This document shows positions 37,787-51,152 of a stretch of 64,000 nucleotides of DNA, piece by piece. This DNA comes from Alphaproteobacteria bacterium (GTDB taxonomy: Bacteria; Pseudomonadota; Alphaproteobacteria; Bin95): NCBI GenBank assembly GCA_963665325.3, contig CAXXWS020000002.1:736001-800000 (forward strand), written 5' to 3'. The translations under genes and the position numbers were made by a program. Positions within the stretch are counted from its first letter, which is position 1. Every line of letters begins with the position of its first letter. A model generated the notes under the pieces. The model made no database searches, was not told the origin of the DNA, and saw only the letters and a program-made list of their open reading frames with translations.

Positions 37787-39127
37787 ATGAATCTGTCCAG
37801 AATGCTGGCGGCGCGGGCCGCCGAGGGGCGGCCGGTGCGGGTCGGGTTGATCGGCTGCGGCAAGTTCGGCGCGATGTTCCTCGCCCAGGCGGGCCGGACA
37901 ACGGGAATGCATGTCGTCGGCATAGCCGATCTGGACCTTGAGCGGGCGCGCTCGCAACTGGCGCGCATCAATTGGCAGGCCGAACGCTACGCCGCCGCAT
38001 CCTTCGCCGATGCCTTCGGGGACGGCACGACATTTCTCACCGAGGATGCCCACGCGCTCATCGGGGCCGACGGTGTCGAGGTGATCGTGGAAGCCACCGG
38101 CAACCCGGCCGCCGGCATCCGCCATGCGCTCGCCTGTTTCGAGGCCGGCCGCCACATCGTCATGGTCAATGTCGAGGCGGATGTGCTGGCCGGACCGCTG
38201 CTCGCGCGCAGGGCGGAGGAAGCGGGCGTGGCCTGCGCCATGGCCTATGGCGACCAGCCGGCGCTGATCTACGAAATGGTGGACTGGGCGCGCACCTGCG
38301 GGCTGGAGGTCGTGGCGGCCGGCAAGGGCACCAAGCATATGGCGCACTACCACCAGTCCACGCCTGAGACCGTATGGGACTATTACGGCATCGACGCCGA
38401 GCGGGCGGCACTGGGAGGCATGAACGCGCAGATGTTCAACTCCTTCGTGGACGGCACCAAGTCCGGCATCGAGATGGCGGCGGTCGCGAATGCCACGGGT
38501 CTGAATGTGCCCCGCAAGGGCCTGTCCTTCCGCCCGGCCTCCGTTTACGAGCTCGCGGACCTGCTGAAGCCGGAAGCCGACGGCGGCACGCTGGAAGGCC
38601 GCGGCGGCTATGTGGAGGTGATCTCCTGCTTCGGCGCCAACGGGCAGGAAGTGCCGAACCATCTGCGCCAGGGGGTCTATGTCACCTTTGCGGGCGCGGA
38701 CGAATATGTGCAGCGCTGTTTCGCCGAATACCACGTCTCGACCGATGAGAGCGGCGAATATGCGGCGCTCTGGCGGCCGTCGCACCTGATCGGCCTTGAA
38801 CTCGGTGTGTCGGTGGCGACGGCCGCGCTGCGCGGCGAATCCACCGGCCATGCCGAAGGCTGGGCCGGCGATGTCGTCGCCACGGCTAAGCGCGACCTCC
38901 GCAGCGGCGAGACGCTGGACGGGGAGGGCGGCTATTGCGTCTGGGGCAAGCTGATGCCGGCGGCCGACTCGCTGGCGCTGGGAGGGTTGCCCATCGGCCT
39001 TTCCCACGGCGTGCGGCTTCGCAACGCCATACCCGTCGGCCGTCCCGTGACCTGGGACGATGTGGAGTTCGACCCGAACGATTCGACGGTCGCCTTCCGG
39101 CGCGAGATGGAGCGCGCCTTCGCTTGA
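37787..39127 (+). CDS. NAD(P)-dependent oxidoreductase, homoserine-dehydrogenase-like with C-terminal SAF domain
   Basis: GCGKFG, EATG, MVNVEAD, YGDQP, FNSFVDGTKS..EM, AKRDL..GE.LDGEGG. Confidence 0.85.
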   Translation: MNLSRMLAARAAEGRPVRVGLIGCGKFGAMFLAQAGRTTGMHVVGIADLDLERARSQLARINWQAERYAAASFADAFGDGTTFLTEDAHALIGADGVEVIVEATGNPAAGIRHALACFEAGRHIVMVNVEADVLAGPLLARRAEEAGVACAMAYGDQPALIYEMVDWARTCGLEVVAAGKGTKHMAHYHQSTPETVWDYYGIDAERAALGGMNAQMFNSFVDGTKSGIEMAAVANATGLNVPRKGLSFRPASVYELADLLKPEADGGTLEGRGGYVEVISCFGANGQEVPNHLRQGVYVTFAGADEYVQRCFAEYHVSTDESGEYAALWRPSHLIGLELGVSVATAALRGESTGHAEGWAGDVVATAKRDLRSGETLDGEGGYCVWGKLMPAADSLALGGLPIGLSHGVRLRNAIPVGRPVTWDDVEFDPNDSTVAFRREMERAFA

Positions 39128-40263
39128 CGGGAGCCGTCGTATCGGGGGCCGCAGGAGGGCCGCTGCCCGCCTGGCGCGCGCAGGTCGAAGCTCAGGCGCT
39201 GAGCGGTGACCCCGACCAGGAGGTCTGCGCGCGGGCCCTTCAGGACCTGCATGAAGCGCTGAAGTCGCCTGCCGCCGCGAGAACGGGCGGGCTGCTGGGC
39301 CGGCTGGGTCTGACACGCCGGCCGGAACCGGCGGCGGATGGGCCGCAGGGCATCTACATCCACGGAGCGGTCGGGCGCGGCAAGTCCATGCTGATGGACC
39401 TGTTCTTCGAAACCGCGCCGGTCAAGCGCAAGCGGCGCGTGCATTTCCACGCCTTCATGGCGGAAGTCCATGACCGCGCGCACCGTATGCGTAAGCGGGC
39501 AGGCGATCCGATACCGGGACTTGCCTCCGCTGTTGCCGCGGAGGCGACGTTGCTCTGTTTCGACGAGTTCCAAGTGGACAACATCGCCGATGCAATGATC
39601 CTCGGGCGGCTGTTCGAGGCGCTGCTGGCGCGAGGGGTCACCGTGGTCGCGACCTCCAACACGGCGCCGGCAGACCTCTACCGCAACGGCCTGCAGCGCG
39701 AGCGTTTCCTTCCCTTTGTCGACATTCTGCAGCAGCGCCTGCACGTGCTCGAACTGGCCGGCGGGGACGACCACAGACTGGCGCGGCTGAAGGGCAGGCA
39801 GGTCTATCACGCACCGCTCGACGCCGCCGCGGCAGCTGAACTCGACCGGGCTTTCCACGACCTCACCGACATGGAGCGGGGTGCGCCGGATACCGTCTCG
39901 GTCCGAGGGCGAGAGGTCGCCGTGCCGGAGGCCGCGCGCGGCGTGGCGCGCTTCCATTTCGACGACCTTTGCCGCAAGCCGCTCGGTGCCGGCGACTATC
40001 TGGCACTCGCCGAGAGGTTCCACACCTTCATCCTCTCCGGCGTGCCGGCCATGCGCCCGGAAGACCGCAACGAGGCCCGCCGCTTCATCAACCTGATAGA
40101 CGCTCTTTACGAAGCACGCTGCAACCTCGTGTTGTCGGCCGCGAGCGGCCCCGACAAGCTCTATCCCCTGGGCCTTGGAGCCGACATATTTCGCCGCACG
40201 ACATCGCGCTTGATCGAGATGCAGGCGGAGGACTATATCGCGCGCCGCCATATGGCTGCCTGA
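39124..40263 (+). CDS. zapE: AFG1/ZapE family ATPase
   Basis: GAVGRGKSMLMDLF, RVHFHAFM, LCFDEF, TSN..P.DLY.NGLQR, RRFINLIDALY, RT.SRL.EM; start uncertain. Confidence 0.9.
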   Translation: MTGAVVSGAAGGPLPAWRAQVEAQALSGDPDQEVCARALQDLHEALKSPAAARTGGLLGRLGLTRRPEPAADGPQGIYIHGAVGRGKSMLMDLFFETAPVKRKRRVHFHAFMAEVHDRAHRMRKRAGDPIPGLASAVAAEATLLCFDEFQVDNIADAMILGRLFEALLARGVTVVATSNTAPADLYRNGLQRERFLPFVDILQQRLHVLELAGGDDHRLARLKGRQVYHAPLDAAAAAELDRAFHDLTDMERGAPDTVSVRGREVAVPEAARGVARFHFDDLCRKPLGAGDYLALAERFHTFILSGVPAMRPEDRNEARRFINLIDALYEARCNLVLSAASGPDKLYPLGLGADIFRRTTSRLIEMQAEDYIARRHMAA

Positions 40264-40305
40264 ACCGCGCGGCCCTGTCGCCGTCCTCCCCCGCGAGGTG
40301 TCCTA

Positions 40306-41574
40306 ATGCCCGCTTATCTGGGGCCTATCCTGCCGATTCTGGCAGCGGCGGCATTGCTGCAACTCGGCAACGGGTTGCTCGCCACCCTTATCGGCGTGCG
40401 GCTGGAGAGCGCCGGTTTCGCCGCTTCCGTGGCGGGCCTGGTAACGACCGCCTATTTCGCAGGCCTGCTCGCCGGGTCCAGCCTGTCGGGCCACGTCATC
40501 AATCGCGTGGGTCACATTCGCGCATTCGCGAGCTTCGCGACTGTGCTCTCCGCAGCGGCGTTGATCTATGCCCTGTCCGGCGGGCCGTTCGTCTGGTCGG
40601 CCGTCCGGTTCGCCAACGGTTTTGCAATGGCGGGCGTTCTGCTGGCTATGGAGAGCTGGCTGAACCATGTCTCCGGCAATGCCCGACGGGGCTCCGCGCT
40701 CTCGGTCTATATGGCGGTGTGCTATGCGGCTCTGAGCGTCGGTCCGCTGCTGATGACGATCGAGGAACCGGGCGGCTTCGCGCTCTTCAGCATCGCGTCG
40801 ATACTGATGGGCCTGTCGCTGCTGCCGATGTCGCTCTCGAACCGCGCCCAGCCCGGCGTCACCCAACCCTCCCGGCTGCGGTTCCGGGACCTTGTCCGCA
40901 TCTCCCCGCTCGGGATTGTCGGCGCCATCCTGGCCGGTGCAATGATCGCGCCGCTGGTCGGCTTGACATCGGTCTATGCAGTATCCGTCGGCCACGGCGT
41001 TTCCGGCGCGGCGGCGTTCTGGCTTGCGCTTATCGGCGGCGGCTTCGCGCTTTCCTTTCCGATAGGCCGGCTTTCGGATCGTATCGAGCGGCGGCTGGTC
41101 CTGTCCGGCATCGGCTTTGCGGCGCTCGCGACCGCGCTGGTGTTCAGGGCGGCCGGGGACGGATCGCTTGAGGTGCTGATGCTCTTCGGTGCCGTCTTCG
41201 GCGGCCTCGTCTTTGCCGCATATCCTCTTTCCGCGGCGCATACCAACGACCATCTCCCGCCCGAGGACAGCGTGCCGGCAGCGGCGGGACTGCTGATCGC
41301 TTTCGGGGCGGGTGCGGTGGCCGGCCCCCCCGTCGCAGCGCTCGCGATGGACCTTGCCGGGCCGGGAGCGCTGTTCGACAGCGTGGCCGCGATCGCAGCC
41401 GGGCTCGGACTGTTCGCCCTCTACCGGCGCACTCGCCGGCCGGACGTGGATGAGGCCGAGAAAGGCGCCTTCATCGTACTGCCCCGTACCTCGCCTGCGG
41501 CCTATGAAATGGACCCTTGGACGGGCGATGCGACCGCAGGCGAACCGCTTGTCGGAGACGATGAAAGCCATTAG
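40306..41574 (+). CDS. MFS transporter (YcaD-like)
   Basis: RVGHIRAF, MESWLN, GRLSDRIERR, YPLSAAHTND; about 12 TM segments. Confidence 0.85.
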   Translation: MPAYLGPILPILAAAALLQLGNGLLATLIGVRLESAGFAASVAGLVTTAYFAGLLAGSSLSGHVINRVGHIRAFASFATVLSAAALIYALSGGPFVWSAVRFANGFAMAGVLLAMESWLNHVSGNARRGSALSVYMAVCYAALSVGPLLMTIEEPGGFALFSIASILMGLSLLPMSLSNRAQPGVTQPSRLRFRDLVRISPLGIVGAILAGAMIAPLVGLTSVYAVSVGHGVSGAAAFWLALIGGGFALSFPIGRLSDRIERRLVLSGIGFAALATALVFRAAGDGSLEVLMLFGAVFGGLVFAAYPLSAAHTNDHLPPEDSVPAAAGLLIAFGAGAVAGPPVAALAMDLAGPGALFDSVAAIAAGLGLFALYRRTRRPDVDEAEKGAFIVLPRTSPAAYEMDPWTGDATAGEPLVGDDESH

Positions 41575-41616
41575 GTTGCGGCCGGCAGTGGCGTCGTGGC
41601 GATTGGGGTGATTTGA

Positions 41617-42582
<966 letters not shown>

Positions 42583-42697
42583 CGTGGGTGTTTGGGGCCG
42601 GTTTCCCCGATGGGGCCGATCGCCCTGCCGTCGCTGCGGCAGGAAAGAATGACGGAGCGGGTCGCATGGCAATAGGGCGCGCGCGGCGCAGCCTCGG

Positions 42698-43864
42698 ATG
42701 AATATCCACGAATACCAGGCGAAGACGGTGCTCGCACGGTTCGACGTGCCGGTGCCGCGCGGCCATGTGGCCTACACGGTGGATGAGGTCGTCGAGGGCG
42801 CGGAGAAGCTCGGCGGGCCGGTCTGGGTGGTCAAGGCGCAGATCCACGCCGGCGGGCGCGGCAAGGCCGGTGGCGTCAGGGTGGTGCGCTCGGTCCCCGA
42901 AGTGCGCGACGCGGCGGCCGGCCTGCTGGGCCGAACGCTCGTCACACACCAGACGGGACCGGAGGGGCAGACGGTCAAGCGCATCTATGTGGAAGAAGGC
43001 TGCGACATTGCCCGCGAGCTTTACCTCTCCATGCTCGTGGACCGGACGATCGGGCGCGTGACCGTGGTCGCATCTACCGAAGGCGGCATGAATATCGAGG
43101 AGGTGGCCGAGACGACGCCGGAGAAGATCGTCACCTTTTCGATCGACCCCGCGACGGGCGTGCAGGCGCATCACGGGCGCCGCCTTGCATCCGCCTTCGG
43201 GCTCGGGGCGGCGGAGGTGCGCGGGGCGGCAGGACTGCTCGCCAATCTCTACAGGGCATTCACGGAGCTCGATGCCAGCCTGATCGAGATCAACCCGCTA
43301 GTCGCAACCGGCGGCGGTGCGTTGCTTGCGCTGGATGCGAAGATGAGCTTCGACGACAATGCGCTCTTCCGCCAGCCCGGCGTCGAGGAACTGCGCGACG
43401 AGGACGAGGAAACGCCTGTGGAGCGACAGGCGGAGGCCCTCGGTTTCAGCTATGTCAAGCTGGACGGCAATATCGGTTGCATGGTGAATGGCGCGGGCCT
43501 CGCCATGGCGACGATGGACATCATAAAATTGCAGGGTGCGGAGCCGGCCAACTTCCTCGATGTCGGTGGCGGGGCCGACAAGGAGCGCGTCATCAGCGCG
43601 TTCAAGATCATCCTGTCCGATCCCAATGTCGAGGCGATCCTGGTCAATATTTTCGGCGGCATCATGCAGTGCGACGTGATTGCCGCAGGGGTCGTGGAAG
43701 CCGCTCGCGAGGTCAGCCTCGACGTGCCGCTGGTGGTGCGTCTGGAAGGCACCAATGTGGAGCAGGGCAAGCGCATCCTCGCTCGTTCCGGGCTGCCGAT
43801 CACCGCTGCGGACGACCTGGGCGAGGCGGCGGCCAAGGTCGTCGCCGCGGTCGGGGAGGGCTGA
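42698..43864 (+). CDS. sucC: Succinyl-CoA ligase beta subunit
   Basis: [49 protein letters not shown]. Confidence 0.97.
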   Translation: MNIHEYQAKTVLARFDVPVPRGHVAYTVDEVVEGAEKLGGPVWVVKAQIHAGGRGKAGGVRVVRSVPEVRDAAAGLLGRTLVTHQTGPEGQTVKRIYVEEGCDIARELYLSMLVDRTIGRVTVVASTEGGMNIEEVAETTPEKIVTFSIDPATGVQAHHGRRLASAFGLGAAEVRGAAGLLANLYRAFTELDASLIEINPLVATGGGALLALDAKMSFDDNALFRQPGVEELRDEDEETPVERQAEALGFSYVKLDGNIGCMVNGAGLAMATMDIIKLQGAEPANFLDVGGGADKERVISAFKIILSDPNVEAILVNIFGGIMQCDVIAAGVVEAAREVSLDVPLVVRLEGTNVEQGKRILARSGLPITAADDLGEAAAKVVAAVGEG

Positions 43865-43868
43865 GGTC

Positions 43869-44744
43869 ATGGCGGTGCTGATCGACGAGCACACCCGCGT
43901 GATCTGCCAGGGGATCACGGGCAAGCAGGGCACCTTCCATTCGGAGCAGGCGATCGACTACGGCACGCAGATGGTCGGCGGGGTGGCGCCCGGCAAGGGC
44001 GGCCGCCGCCATCTCGGGCTGCCGGTGTTCGACACCGTGGCCGAGGCGAAGGCGGAAACCGGGGCCGACGCGACGGTGATCTATGTGCCGCCGCCCTTTG
44101 CAGCCGACGCGATGCTGGAGGCGGCGGCGGCGGAAATCCCGCTCATCGTCTGCATTACCGAGGGCGTGCCGGTGGTCGATATGGTGCGTGTCAAGCGGGC
44201 CGTTGCTGGCTCGGGCTCCCGGCTGATCGGGCCGAATTGTCCGGGCGCGATCACACCCGATGCCTGCAAGATCGGCATCATGCCGGGGCATATCCACCGT
44301 CGCGGCCGCATCGGGATCGTCTCGCGCTCCGGCACGCTGACCTATGAGGCCGTCGCGCAGACCACCGCTGCCGGCCTCGGCCAGTCCACCTGCATCGGGA
44401 TCGGCGGCGACCCGGTAAACGGCACCAATTTCATCGACTGCCTGAAGCTCTTCCACGACGACCCCGAAACCGAGGGCATCGTCATCATCGGCGAGATCGG
44501 CGGCAGTGCGGAAGAAGATGCGGCGGCGTTTTACGCCACCCTGCCGAACTGCAAGCCCGCCGTGGGCTTCATCGCAGGGGCATCGGCGCCGCCCGGCAAG
44601 CGCATGGGCCATGCCGGGGCCATCGTTTCCGGCGGCAAGGGCACGGCAGAGAACAAGATCGACGCCTTCGCCGAGGCGGGTATTCTGGTCAGCCGGTCGC
44701 CGGCCGCGCTGGGAGAAACCATGCTTGAGGCCCTGGGCCGCTAA
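43869..44744 (+). CDS. sucD: Succinyl-CoA ligase alpha subunit
   Basis: [37 protein letters not shown]. Confidence 0.97.
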   Translation: MAVLIDEHTRVICQGITGKQGTFHSEQAIDYGTQMVGGVAPGKGGRRHLGLPVFDTVAEAKAETGADATVIYVPPPFAADAMLEAAAAEIPLIVCITEGVPVVDMVRVKRAVAGSGSRLIGPNCPGAITPDACKIGIMPGHIHRRGRIGIVSRSGTLTYEAVAQTTAAGLGQSTCIGIGGDPVNGTNFIDCLKLFHDDPETEGIVIIGEIGGSAEEDAAAFYATLPNCKPAVGFIAGASAPPGKRMGHAGAIVSGGKGTAENKIDAFAEAGILVSRSPAALGETMLEALGR

Positions 44745-44781
44745 CGTGCGGGCAGGGAGGCAGGAAGGAGGTAACCAGACA

Positions 44782-47637
44782 ATGGCGGTATCTTCTGAAG
44801 CGGACGATTTCCTGCATGGCGGCAATGCCGTCTTCATCGCCGAACTCTACGAACAATATCTGCGCGATCCGGGCTCGGTGGACGAGAGCTGGACAGGTTT
44901 CTTTGCCGAGTTGAAATCGAACGGGCGCGCGGACCAGGCTCCAGCGCCCGCCGCCTGGGGCCGGATGCGCCCGCAAGTGATCGCCAACGGCCACGATGCG
45001 GCCGAGACACTCAATGGCGCTGCCCTTGCCGGGATGGATGAAGGCGACCGGCAGACCACCCTGGACTCGATCCGCGCGCTGATGCTGATCCGGGCCTACA
45101 GGGTGCGTGGCCACCTTTATGCCAGGCTCGATCCGCTGGGCCTGCACGAACCGGAGCACCATCCCGAACTCGATCCTGCAACTTACGGTTTCGGCGAGGA
45201 CGACTGGGACCGCCCGATCTTCATCGACGGCGTGCTGGGCCGCGAGCGCGCCAGCATGCGCGAAATCATTGAGGCCCTGCACGACATCTACAGTTCGAGC
45301 ATCGGCGTCGAGTTCATGCATATCCAGGACCCCGACCAGAAGGCCTGGATCCAGAAGCGCATCGAGCGGCCGCTGAACCGCACGGAGTTCACCAAACGCG
45401 GCCGCCGCGCCATTCTCGAGCGGCTGACGGAGGCCGAGGTCTTCGAGCATTTCCTGGACCGGAAATATATCGGCACCAAGCGCTTCGGCCTCGAAGGCGG
45501 CGAGGCGCTCATCCCGGCGCTGGAGCAGATTATCAAGCGCGGCGGCGAGATAGGCCTGGAAGAAGCCGTGGTCGGCATGGCCCATCGAGGACGCCTGAAT
45601 GTGCTCGCCAATTTCATGGGCAAGCCCTTCCAGGCGATCTTCTCGGAGTTCCAGGGCCAGCCCGCGAACCCTGAGGACGTGCAGGGTTCGGGCGATGTGA
45701 AATACCATCTGGGCACCTCGTCGGACCGCGAGTTCGACGGCAATGTCGTCCATCTGTCGCTCTGCCCGAATCCCAGCCATCTCGAGATCGTCAACCCGGT
45801 CGTCATCGGGCGGGCGCGGGCCAAGCAGGAACAGCGCGGGGACCACGAGCGCGACAAGGTGATGACGATCCTGCTGCACGGCGATGCGGCGTTTATCGGG
45901 CAGGGCCTCGTGGCCGAGACCTTCGAGCTCTCCGAGCTCAAGGGTTACCGTGTCGGCGGCACCATACACATCGTCATCAACAACCAGATCGGTTTCACCA
46001 CCTCGCCGACGGACTCGCGCTCCAGCCCCTACTGCTCCGGCATGGCGCAGATCGTCCAGGCGCCCGTCTTCCATGTGAACGGGGACGATCCCGAGGCGGT
46101 GGTGCATGTGGCGCGGATCGCCACCGAATTCCGCTTCCGCTTCAAGCGCGATGTCGTCATCGACATGTACTGCTATCGCCGCCAGGGCCATAACGAGGCG
46201 GACGAGCCGGCTTTCACCCAGCCGCTCATGTACGATGCCATCGACAAGCATGCGACTACCCGGGCCATCTATGCCGACCGGCTGGCGGCGGAGGGGCTCA
46301 TTTCGCCGGAGGAGGCAGACGGCATCGTCGAAAGCTTCCGTGCGCAGCTTGAGCACGATTTCGAGGCCTCCAGCAGCTACAAGCCCAACAAGGCGGACTG
46401 GCTCGAAGGCGCATGGAGCGGTATCGAGGTCGCCGCGGAAGGCGACCGGCGCGGCTCGACCGCCGTGCCGCTCGATCAGTTGAAGGCTGTCGGCAGCCGT
46501 TTGGCGACCGTGCCCGAAGGCTTCGACCTCAATTCCAAGATCGCCCGCCAGTTCCGGCAGCGGGCGCGCGTATTCGAGACCGGCGAGGGGTTGGACTGGG
46601 CCAACGCGGAGTCGCTGGCCTTCGGAACGCTCGCCGCGGAAGGCATTGCGATACGCCTCTCCGGCCAGGACTGCGGGCGCGGCACCTTCTCGCAGCGTCA
46701 TGCCGTGTTGCGCGACCAGACGGATGAGAGCCAATACATCCCGCTCCAGCATGTCGGCCCGGGGCAGGGGCGGGTCGAGATCATCGACAGCCCGCTCGCC
46801 GAAGCCTCCGTGCTCGGCTTCGAATACGGCTATTCGCAGAGCGAGCCGCATGCGCTGGTGATGTGGGAAGCGCAGTTCGGAGACTTCGCCAATGGCGCGC
46901 AGGTGGTGATGGACCAGTTCATCTCCTCCGGCGAGTCCAAATGGCTGCGCATGTCGGGTCTGGTCGTGCTGTTGCCGCACGGCTATGAGGGCCAGGGCCC
47001 CGAGCATTCCTCCGCCCGGCTGGAGCGCTATCTCCAGCTTTGCGCAGAGGACAACATGCAGGTCGTCTATCCGACCACGCCGGCCAACTACTTTCACGCG
47101 CTCCGCCGCCAATTGAGGCGCGAGTTCCGCAAGCCGTTGATCGTGATGACGCCGAAATCGCTCTTGCGCCACAGGCTTTGCGTTTCCGGCCTCGACGAGC
47201 TTGCCGACGGCAGCTCCTTCCACCGGGTCATGCCCGAGATCGATGAAGTCGCGGCGGGCAAGTCGATTCGCCGTGTCGTGCTTTGCACAGGCAAGGTCTA
47301 TTACGACCTGTTGCAGCAGCGTCGCGAGGACGGGATTTCGGATGTGGCGCTGCTGCGTGTCGAGCAGCTCTATCCGTTCCCTGAGGGAACGCTTGCGGAG
47401 GAACTCGCGCGCTATCCCGAGGCCGAGATCGTCTGGTGCCAGGAAGAGCCGGCGAACATGGGAGCCTGGACCTTTGTGGACCGGCGCATCGAGGCGGTGC
47501 TGGAGGAACTCGGCGGCAAGGCGCGCCGGCCCTGCTATGTGGGCCGGCCGGCAGCGGCATCTCCTGCCACCGGCCTCCTGAAGCGGCATAATTTCGAGCA
47601 GAAGGCGCTGGTCGCCGAGGCGCTTGCCGCAGACTGA
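44782..47637 (+). CDS. sucA: 2-oxoglutarate dehydrogenase E1
   Basis: [55 protein letters not shown]; ATG after AGGAGG. Confidence 0.97.
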   Translation: MAVSSEADDFLHGGNAVFIAELYEQYLRDPGSVDESWTGFFAELKSNGRADQAPAPAAWGRMRPQVIANGHDAAETLNGAALAGMDEGDRQTTLDSIRALMLIRAYRVRGHLYARLDPLGLHEPEHHPELDPATYGFGEDDWDRPIFIDGVLGRERASMREIIEALHDIYSSSIGVEFMHIQDPDQKAWIQKRIERPLNRTEFTKRGRRAILERLTEAEVFEHFLDRKYIGTKRFGLEGGEALIPALEQIIKRGGEIGLEEAVVGMAHRGRLNVLANFMGKPFQAIFSEFQGQPANPEDVQGSGDVKYHLGTSSDREFDGNVVHLSLCPNPSHLEIVNPVVIGRARAKQEQRGDHERDKVMTILLHGDAAFIGQGLVAETFELSELKGYRVGGTIHIVINNQIGFTTSPTDSRSSPYCSGMAQIVQAPVFHVNGDDPEAVVHVARIATEFRFRFKRDVVIDMYCYRRQGHNEADEPAFTQPLMYDAIDKHATTRAIYADRLAAEGLISPEEADGIVESFRAQLEHDFEASSSYKPNKADWLEGAWSGIEVAAEGDRRGSTAVPLDQLKAVGSRLATVPEGFDLNSKIARQFRQRARVFETGEGLDWANAESLAFGTLAAEGIAIRLSGQDCGRGTFSQRHAVLRDQTDESQYIPLQHVGPGQGRVEIIDSPLAEASVLGFEYGYSQSEPHALVMWEAQFGDFANGAQVVMDQFISSGESKWLRMSGLVVLLPHGYEGQGPEHSSARLERYLQLCAEDNMQVVYPTTPANYFHALRRQLRREFRKPLIVMTPKSLLRHRLCVSGLDELADGSSFHRVMPEIDEVAAGKSIRRVVLCTGKVYYDLLQQRREDGISDVALLRVEQLYPFPEGTLAEELARYPEAEIVWCQEEPANMGAWTFVDRRIEAVLEELGGKARRPCYVGRPAAASPATGLLKRHNFEQKALVAEALAAD

Positions 47638-47656
47638 CACGAGGGAACGCAAGGCG

Positions 47657-48859
47657 ATGGCGATCGAGATACAGGTGCCGCAACTCGGCGAAAGCATCAG
47701 CGAGGCGACGGTCGCCCGCTGGATGAAGGCGCCCGGCGACGCGGTGGAAGCGGACGAGCCGCTGGTCGAACTCGAAACCGACAAGGTCACCATCGAGGTG
47801 CCGGCGCCCCGGAGCGGCGTGCTTGAAGAGATTCTCGCGGGCGAGGGCGAGGAGGTGGAGGTAGGCGCCGTGCTGGGGCGCATGGCGGCCGGCGCCGTTG
47901 CTGCAAAGACCGCTCCCGCGCCGAAGGCGAAGGAGCAGGCGCCGGCGCCGTCCGATGCATCGGCGCCGCTCTCGCCGGCGGTCCGCAAGCTGCTGGCGGA
48001 CAACGCTCTCCCGCCTGAGGTTGTCGCCGGCACCGGCAAGGACGGCCGGATCACCAAGGCCGATGTGCTGGGCCATCTGGAAGCCGCGGCCGCAGCGCCA
48101 CTTGCGCCGGCCCCGGTCTCCGCCGCGCCCGCGCCGCCGCGTCCTCCCCGCCCGGACCATCCGCGCGAGGAGCGGGTGCGGATGTCGCGCTTGCGCCGGC
48201 GTGTCGCCGAGCGGCTGAAGGACGCGCAGAACACCGCCGCCATGCTCACCACCTTCAACGAGGCGGATATGAGCGGCGTGGTGGCGCTGCGCCGGCGCTA
48301 CCGCGAGGCGTTCGAGAACCGCCACGGCGTGCGCCTCGGCTTCATGTCCTTCTTCGTCAAGGCCTGCATCGGCGCGCTCAAGGAAATCCCGGCGGTCAAT
48401 GCCGAGATCGACGGCGGCGACATCATCTACAAGAACCACTACGACATCGGCGTCGCGGTCGGCACGGCGCAGGGACTCGTCGTTCCGGTGCTGAAGGACG
48501 CCGACGCGATGAGCTTCGCCGAGGTCGAGCGCAGCATCGCCGATCTGGGTGCGAGGGCTCGTGACGGCAAGCTCTCCATGGAAGACCTGACAGGCGGCAC
48601 CTTCACGATCTCCAACGGTGGCGTTTACGGCTCGCTCATGTCGGCGCCGATCCTCAATCCTCCGCAATCCGGCATTCTCGGCATGCACAAGATCGAGGAC
48701 CGGCCGGTCGCCGTGGACGGCAAGGTGGAAATCCGGCCGATGATGTATCTGGCGCTTTCCTACGACCACCGGATCATCGACGGGTCCGAATCGGTGACTT
48801 TCCTGGTGCGCGTCAAGGAAGCGATCGAGAATCCCGAGCGGGTCCTGCTCGACGTCTGA
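47657..48859 (+). CDS. sucB: Dihydrolipoamide succinyltransferase E2
   Basis: ETDKV lipoyl site, [24 protein letters not shown]. Confidence 0.97.
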   Translation: MAIEIQVPQLGESISEATVARWMKAPGDAVEADEPLVELETDKVTIEVPAPRSGVLEEILAGEGEEVEVGAVLGRMAAGAVAAKTAPAPKAKEQAPAPSDASAPLSPAVRKLLADNALPPEVVAGTGKDGRITKADVLGHLEAAAAAPLAPAPVSAAPAPPRPPRPDHPREERVRMSRLRRRVAERLKDAQNTAAMLTTFNEADMSGVVALRRRYREAFENRHGVRLGFMSFFVKACIGALKEIPAVNAEIDGGDIIYKNHYDIGVAVGTAQGLVVPVLKDADAMSFAEVERSIADLGARARDGKLSMEDLTGGTFTISNGGVYGSLMSAPILNPPQSGILGMHKIEDRPVAVDGKVEIRPMMYLALSYDHRIIDGSESVTFLVRVKEAIENPERVLLDV

Positions 48860-48874
48860 GGAACGGGGAACTCC

Positions 48875-50284
48875 ATGACCGACAGTTTCGATGTCGTCGT
48901 CATCGGCGGCGGGCCGGGCGGCTATGTGGCGGCGATTCGGGCCGCACAGCTAGGCCTGAGCACCGCATGCGTCGAGAAGCGGGCGACGCTCGGCGGCACA
49001 TGCCTGAATGTCGGCTGCATACCGTCGAAGGAGCTGCTGCACAGCACGCATCTGTTCGAGCAGGCGCAGCACGGCTTTGCGAAGCGGGGTATCAAGGTTC
49101 CCGGCGGCGTCGAGGTCGATCTTGCGGCCATGATGGCCGGCAAGGACAAGGTGGTGCGCGACCTGACGCGCGGCATCGGCTTCCTGTTCCGCAAGAACGA
49201 GGTGGAGCACGTTTCGGGCGAGGGGCGCATCGCCGGACCGGGCCGTGTAGAGGTTGCTTCCGAGAAGGGGGAGACCCGCATTCTCGAAGCCCGCAATATC
49301 GTCATCGCGACGGGCTCCGAGCCTGCAGGTCTGCCGGGCATCGAGATCGACGAGAAGCGCATCCTCTCCTCCACCGGCGCGCTGGCGTTGGAGACGGTAC
49401 CGGAGCGGCTGGCGGTTATCGGCGGCGGCTATATCGGGCTGGAGATGGCAGTCGTCTGGAGCCGGCTCGGCGCGAAGGTGACTGTGATCGAGTTCCTCGA
49501 CCGCATCCTTCCCAACATGGACGGAGACGTTGCCAAGGGGATGCACCGCATCCTGAAGAAGAAGGGCTTTTCCTTCATGCTGGGCCACAAGGTGACGGGC
49601 GCGAAGACCGGCAGGAACGGCGTGACGCTCTCGGTCGAGAAAATGGCCTCGGGTGAGGCCGCGACCGTCGAGGCGGATGCCGTGCTCGTCGCGGTGGGGC
49701 GGCGGCCCTATACGGCGGGGCTCGGCCTCGAGACCGTCGGCATAGAGACGGATGCCCAGGGCCGCATCGGGATAGACGAACATTTCCGCACGGGCGCAGC
49801 GGGCGTCTATGCCATCGGCGATGTCGTGCGGGGACCGATGCTGGCCCACAAGGCGGAGGACGAAGGCGCGGTCTGTGCCGAGATCGTCGCCGGGCAGTCC
49901 GGCCACATCGACTACGACGCGATTCCGGGCGTGGTCTACACATGGCCGGAAGCGGCGGCCGTGGGCCGGACGGAGGAAGAGTTGAAGGAGGCGGGCGTCG
50001 AATACGCCGCCGGGCGCTTCCCGTTCCAGGCCAACAGCCGGGCCCGGTGCAGCGGCGAGACCGAGGGCTTCGTGAAGATCCTGGCCGACAAGCGCACAGA
50101 CCGCGTGCTCGGCGTGCATATCCTGGGCGCGGATGCGGGCACGATGATTGCCGAAGCGGCGCTGGCGATGGAGTTCGGCGCTTCGGCGGAGGACATCGCG
50201 CGCACTTGCCATGCCCATCCGACTCTCAACGAAGCGGTCAAGGAAGCGGCGCTCGCCGTGGACGGCCGCCCGATCCACGTCTGA
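48875..50284 (+). CDS. lpdA: Dihydrolipoamide dehydrogenase
   Basis: GGGPGGY, GGTCLNVGCIPSK, MLAHKA, HAHPTLNE. Confidence 0.97.
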   Translation: MTDSFDVVVIGGGPGGYVAAIRAAQLGLSTACVEKRATLGGTCLNVGCIPSKELLHSTHLFEQAQHGFAKRGIKVPGGVEVDLAAMMAGKDKVVRDLTRGIGFLFRKNEVEHVSGEGRIAGPGRVEVASEKGETRILEARNIVIATGSEPAGLPGIEIDEKRILSSTGALALETVPERLAVIGGGYIGLEMAVVWSRLGAKVTVIEFLDRILPNMDGDVAKGMHRILKKKGFSFMLGHKVTGAKTGRNGVTLSVEKMASGEAATVEADAVLVAVGRRPYTAGLGLETVGIETDAQGRIGIDEHFRTGAAGVYAIGDVVRGPMLAHKAEDEGAVCAEIVAGQSGHIDYDAIPGVVYTWPEAAAVGRTEEELKEAGVEYAAGRFPFQANSRARCSGETEGFVKILADKRTDRVLGVHILGADAGTMIAEAALAMEFGASAEDIARTCHAHPTLNEAVKEAALAVDGRPIHV

Positions 50285-50317
50285 ACGGCGCACACTCCCG
50301 AAGGAAGGATACTCCAA

Positions 50318-50926
50318 ATGAAGCTCTACACATCCATCGGCCCGAACCCGCACGTCGTGCGCATGTTCATGGCCGAGACCGGCATCGAACTGCCCGAGGA
50401 GACCGTCGATATCCGCAAGGCCGTGAACCGGGAAAGCGAATACCTGTCGAAGAATCCGTCCGGCCAGAGCCCCTGCCTGGAGCTCGACGACGGCAGCCAT
50501 ATCGCCGAGATCACCGCGATCTGCGAATATCTGGCGGACAAGCAGGGCGGCTCGCCGCTGATCGGCTCGACGCCGGAGGAGCGCGGCGAGACGCGGATGT
50601 GGACCCGCCGGGTCGATCTCAATATCTGCGAACCGCTTACGAGCGGTTTCCGCTACGGCGAGGGGCTGAAAATGTTCCAGAGCCGGATGCGCTGTCTTCC
50701 GGAGGCATCCGACGGCTTGAAGGCCATCGCGCAGGACAAGATCGCCTGGCTGGACGGGCTCATGGACGGCAAGCAGTTCCTCTGCGGCGACCGCATCAGC
50801 CTCGCCGACATCCTGCTCTACTGCTTCCTTGCTTTCGGCAAGCAGGTCGGCCAGGACATCGCGCCCGAGAACAAGAACATGACCGCTTGGTTCGAGCGCA
50901 TGAAGGCGCGTCCCACCTCCGCCTGA
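50318..50926 (+). CDS. Glutathione S-transferase family protein
   Basis: GPNP..V, NPSGQSP.LELDDG..I.E..AI.EYL, GDRISLADI. Confidence 0.9.
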   Translation: MKLYTSIGPNPHVVRMFMAETGIELPEETVDIRKAVNRESEYLSKNPSGQSPCLELDDGSHIAEITAICEYLADKQGGSPLIGSTPEERGETRMWTRRVDLNICEPLTSGFRYGEGLKMFQSRMRCLPEASDGLKAIAQDKIAWLDGLMDGKQFLCGDRISLADILLYCFLAFGKQVGQDIAPENKNMTAWFERMKARPTSA

Positions 50927-51013
50927 CGGGAGCCCGCGAGCCCCGGCCGCGGGCGGGGTAACCGTCGCCGCAGGCGAGCTTGCCGGTTCGCTTGCGGGCC
51001 GCCGGGCGCTGCG

Positions 51014-51052
51014 TGTCGGAAATCGGCAAGTGTCCGGTCGGTCACGGACAAA
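51014..51052 (+). promoter_or_regulatory. Candidate AraC/GbdR-type tandem binding site upstream of the Rieske oxygenase
   Basis: TGTCGGAAATCGGCAA and GGTCGGTCACGGACAA repeated at a 22-bp offset. Confidence 0.35.
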
Positions 51053-51152
51053 TTTGGCCGGCGGACCGGTGTGATCGTTGGCGCCCTGTAAGGCTGTACG
51101 TTGAGGGTATGGGCAAGGCCGCCCTGTTCTCGCGCAGCGTCGTGGGGTTGCC

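Noticed and set aside
44689-48258. Very long antisense or alternate-frame ORFs (1189 aa here; also 57383..60013, 31873..34305, 40303..42672, 2625..4721)
   Set aside because: Shadows of well-supported genes, expected in high-GC DNA; no recognisable motifs
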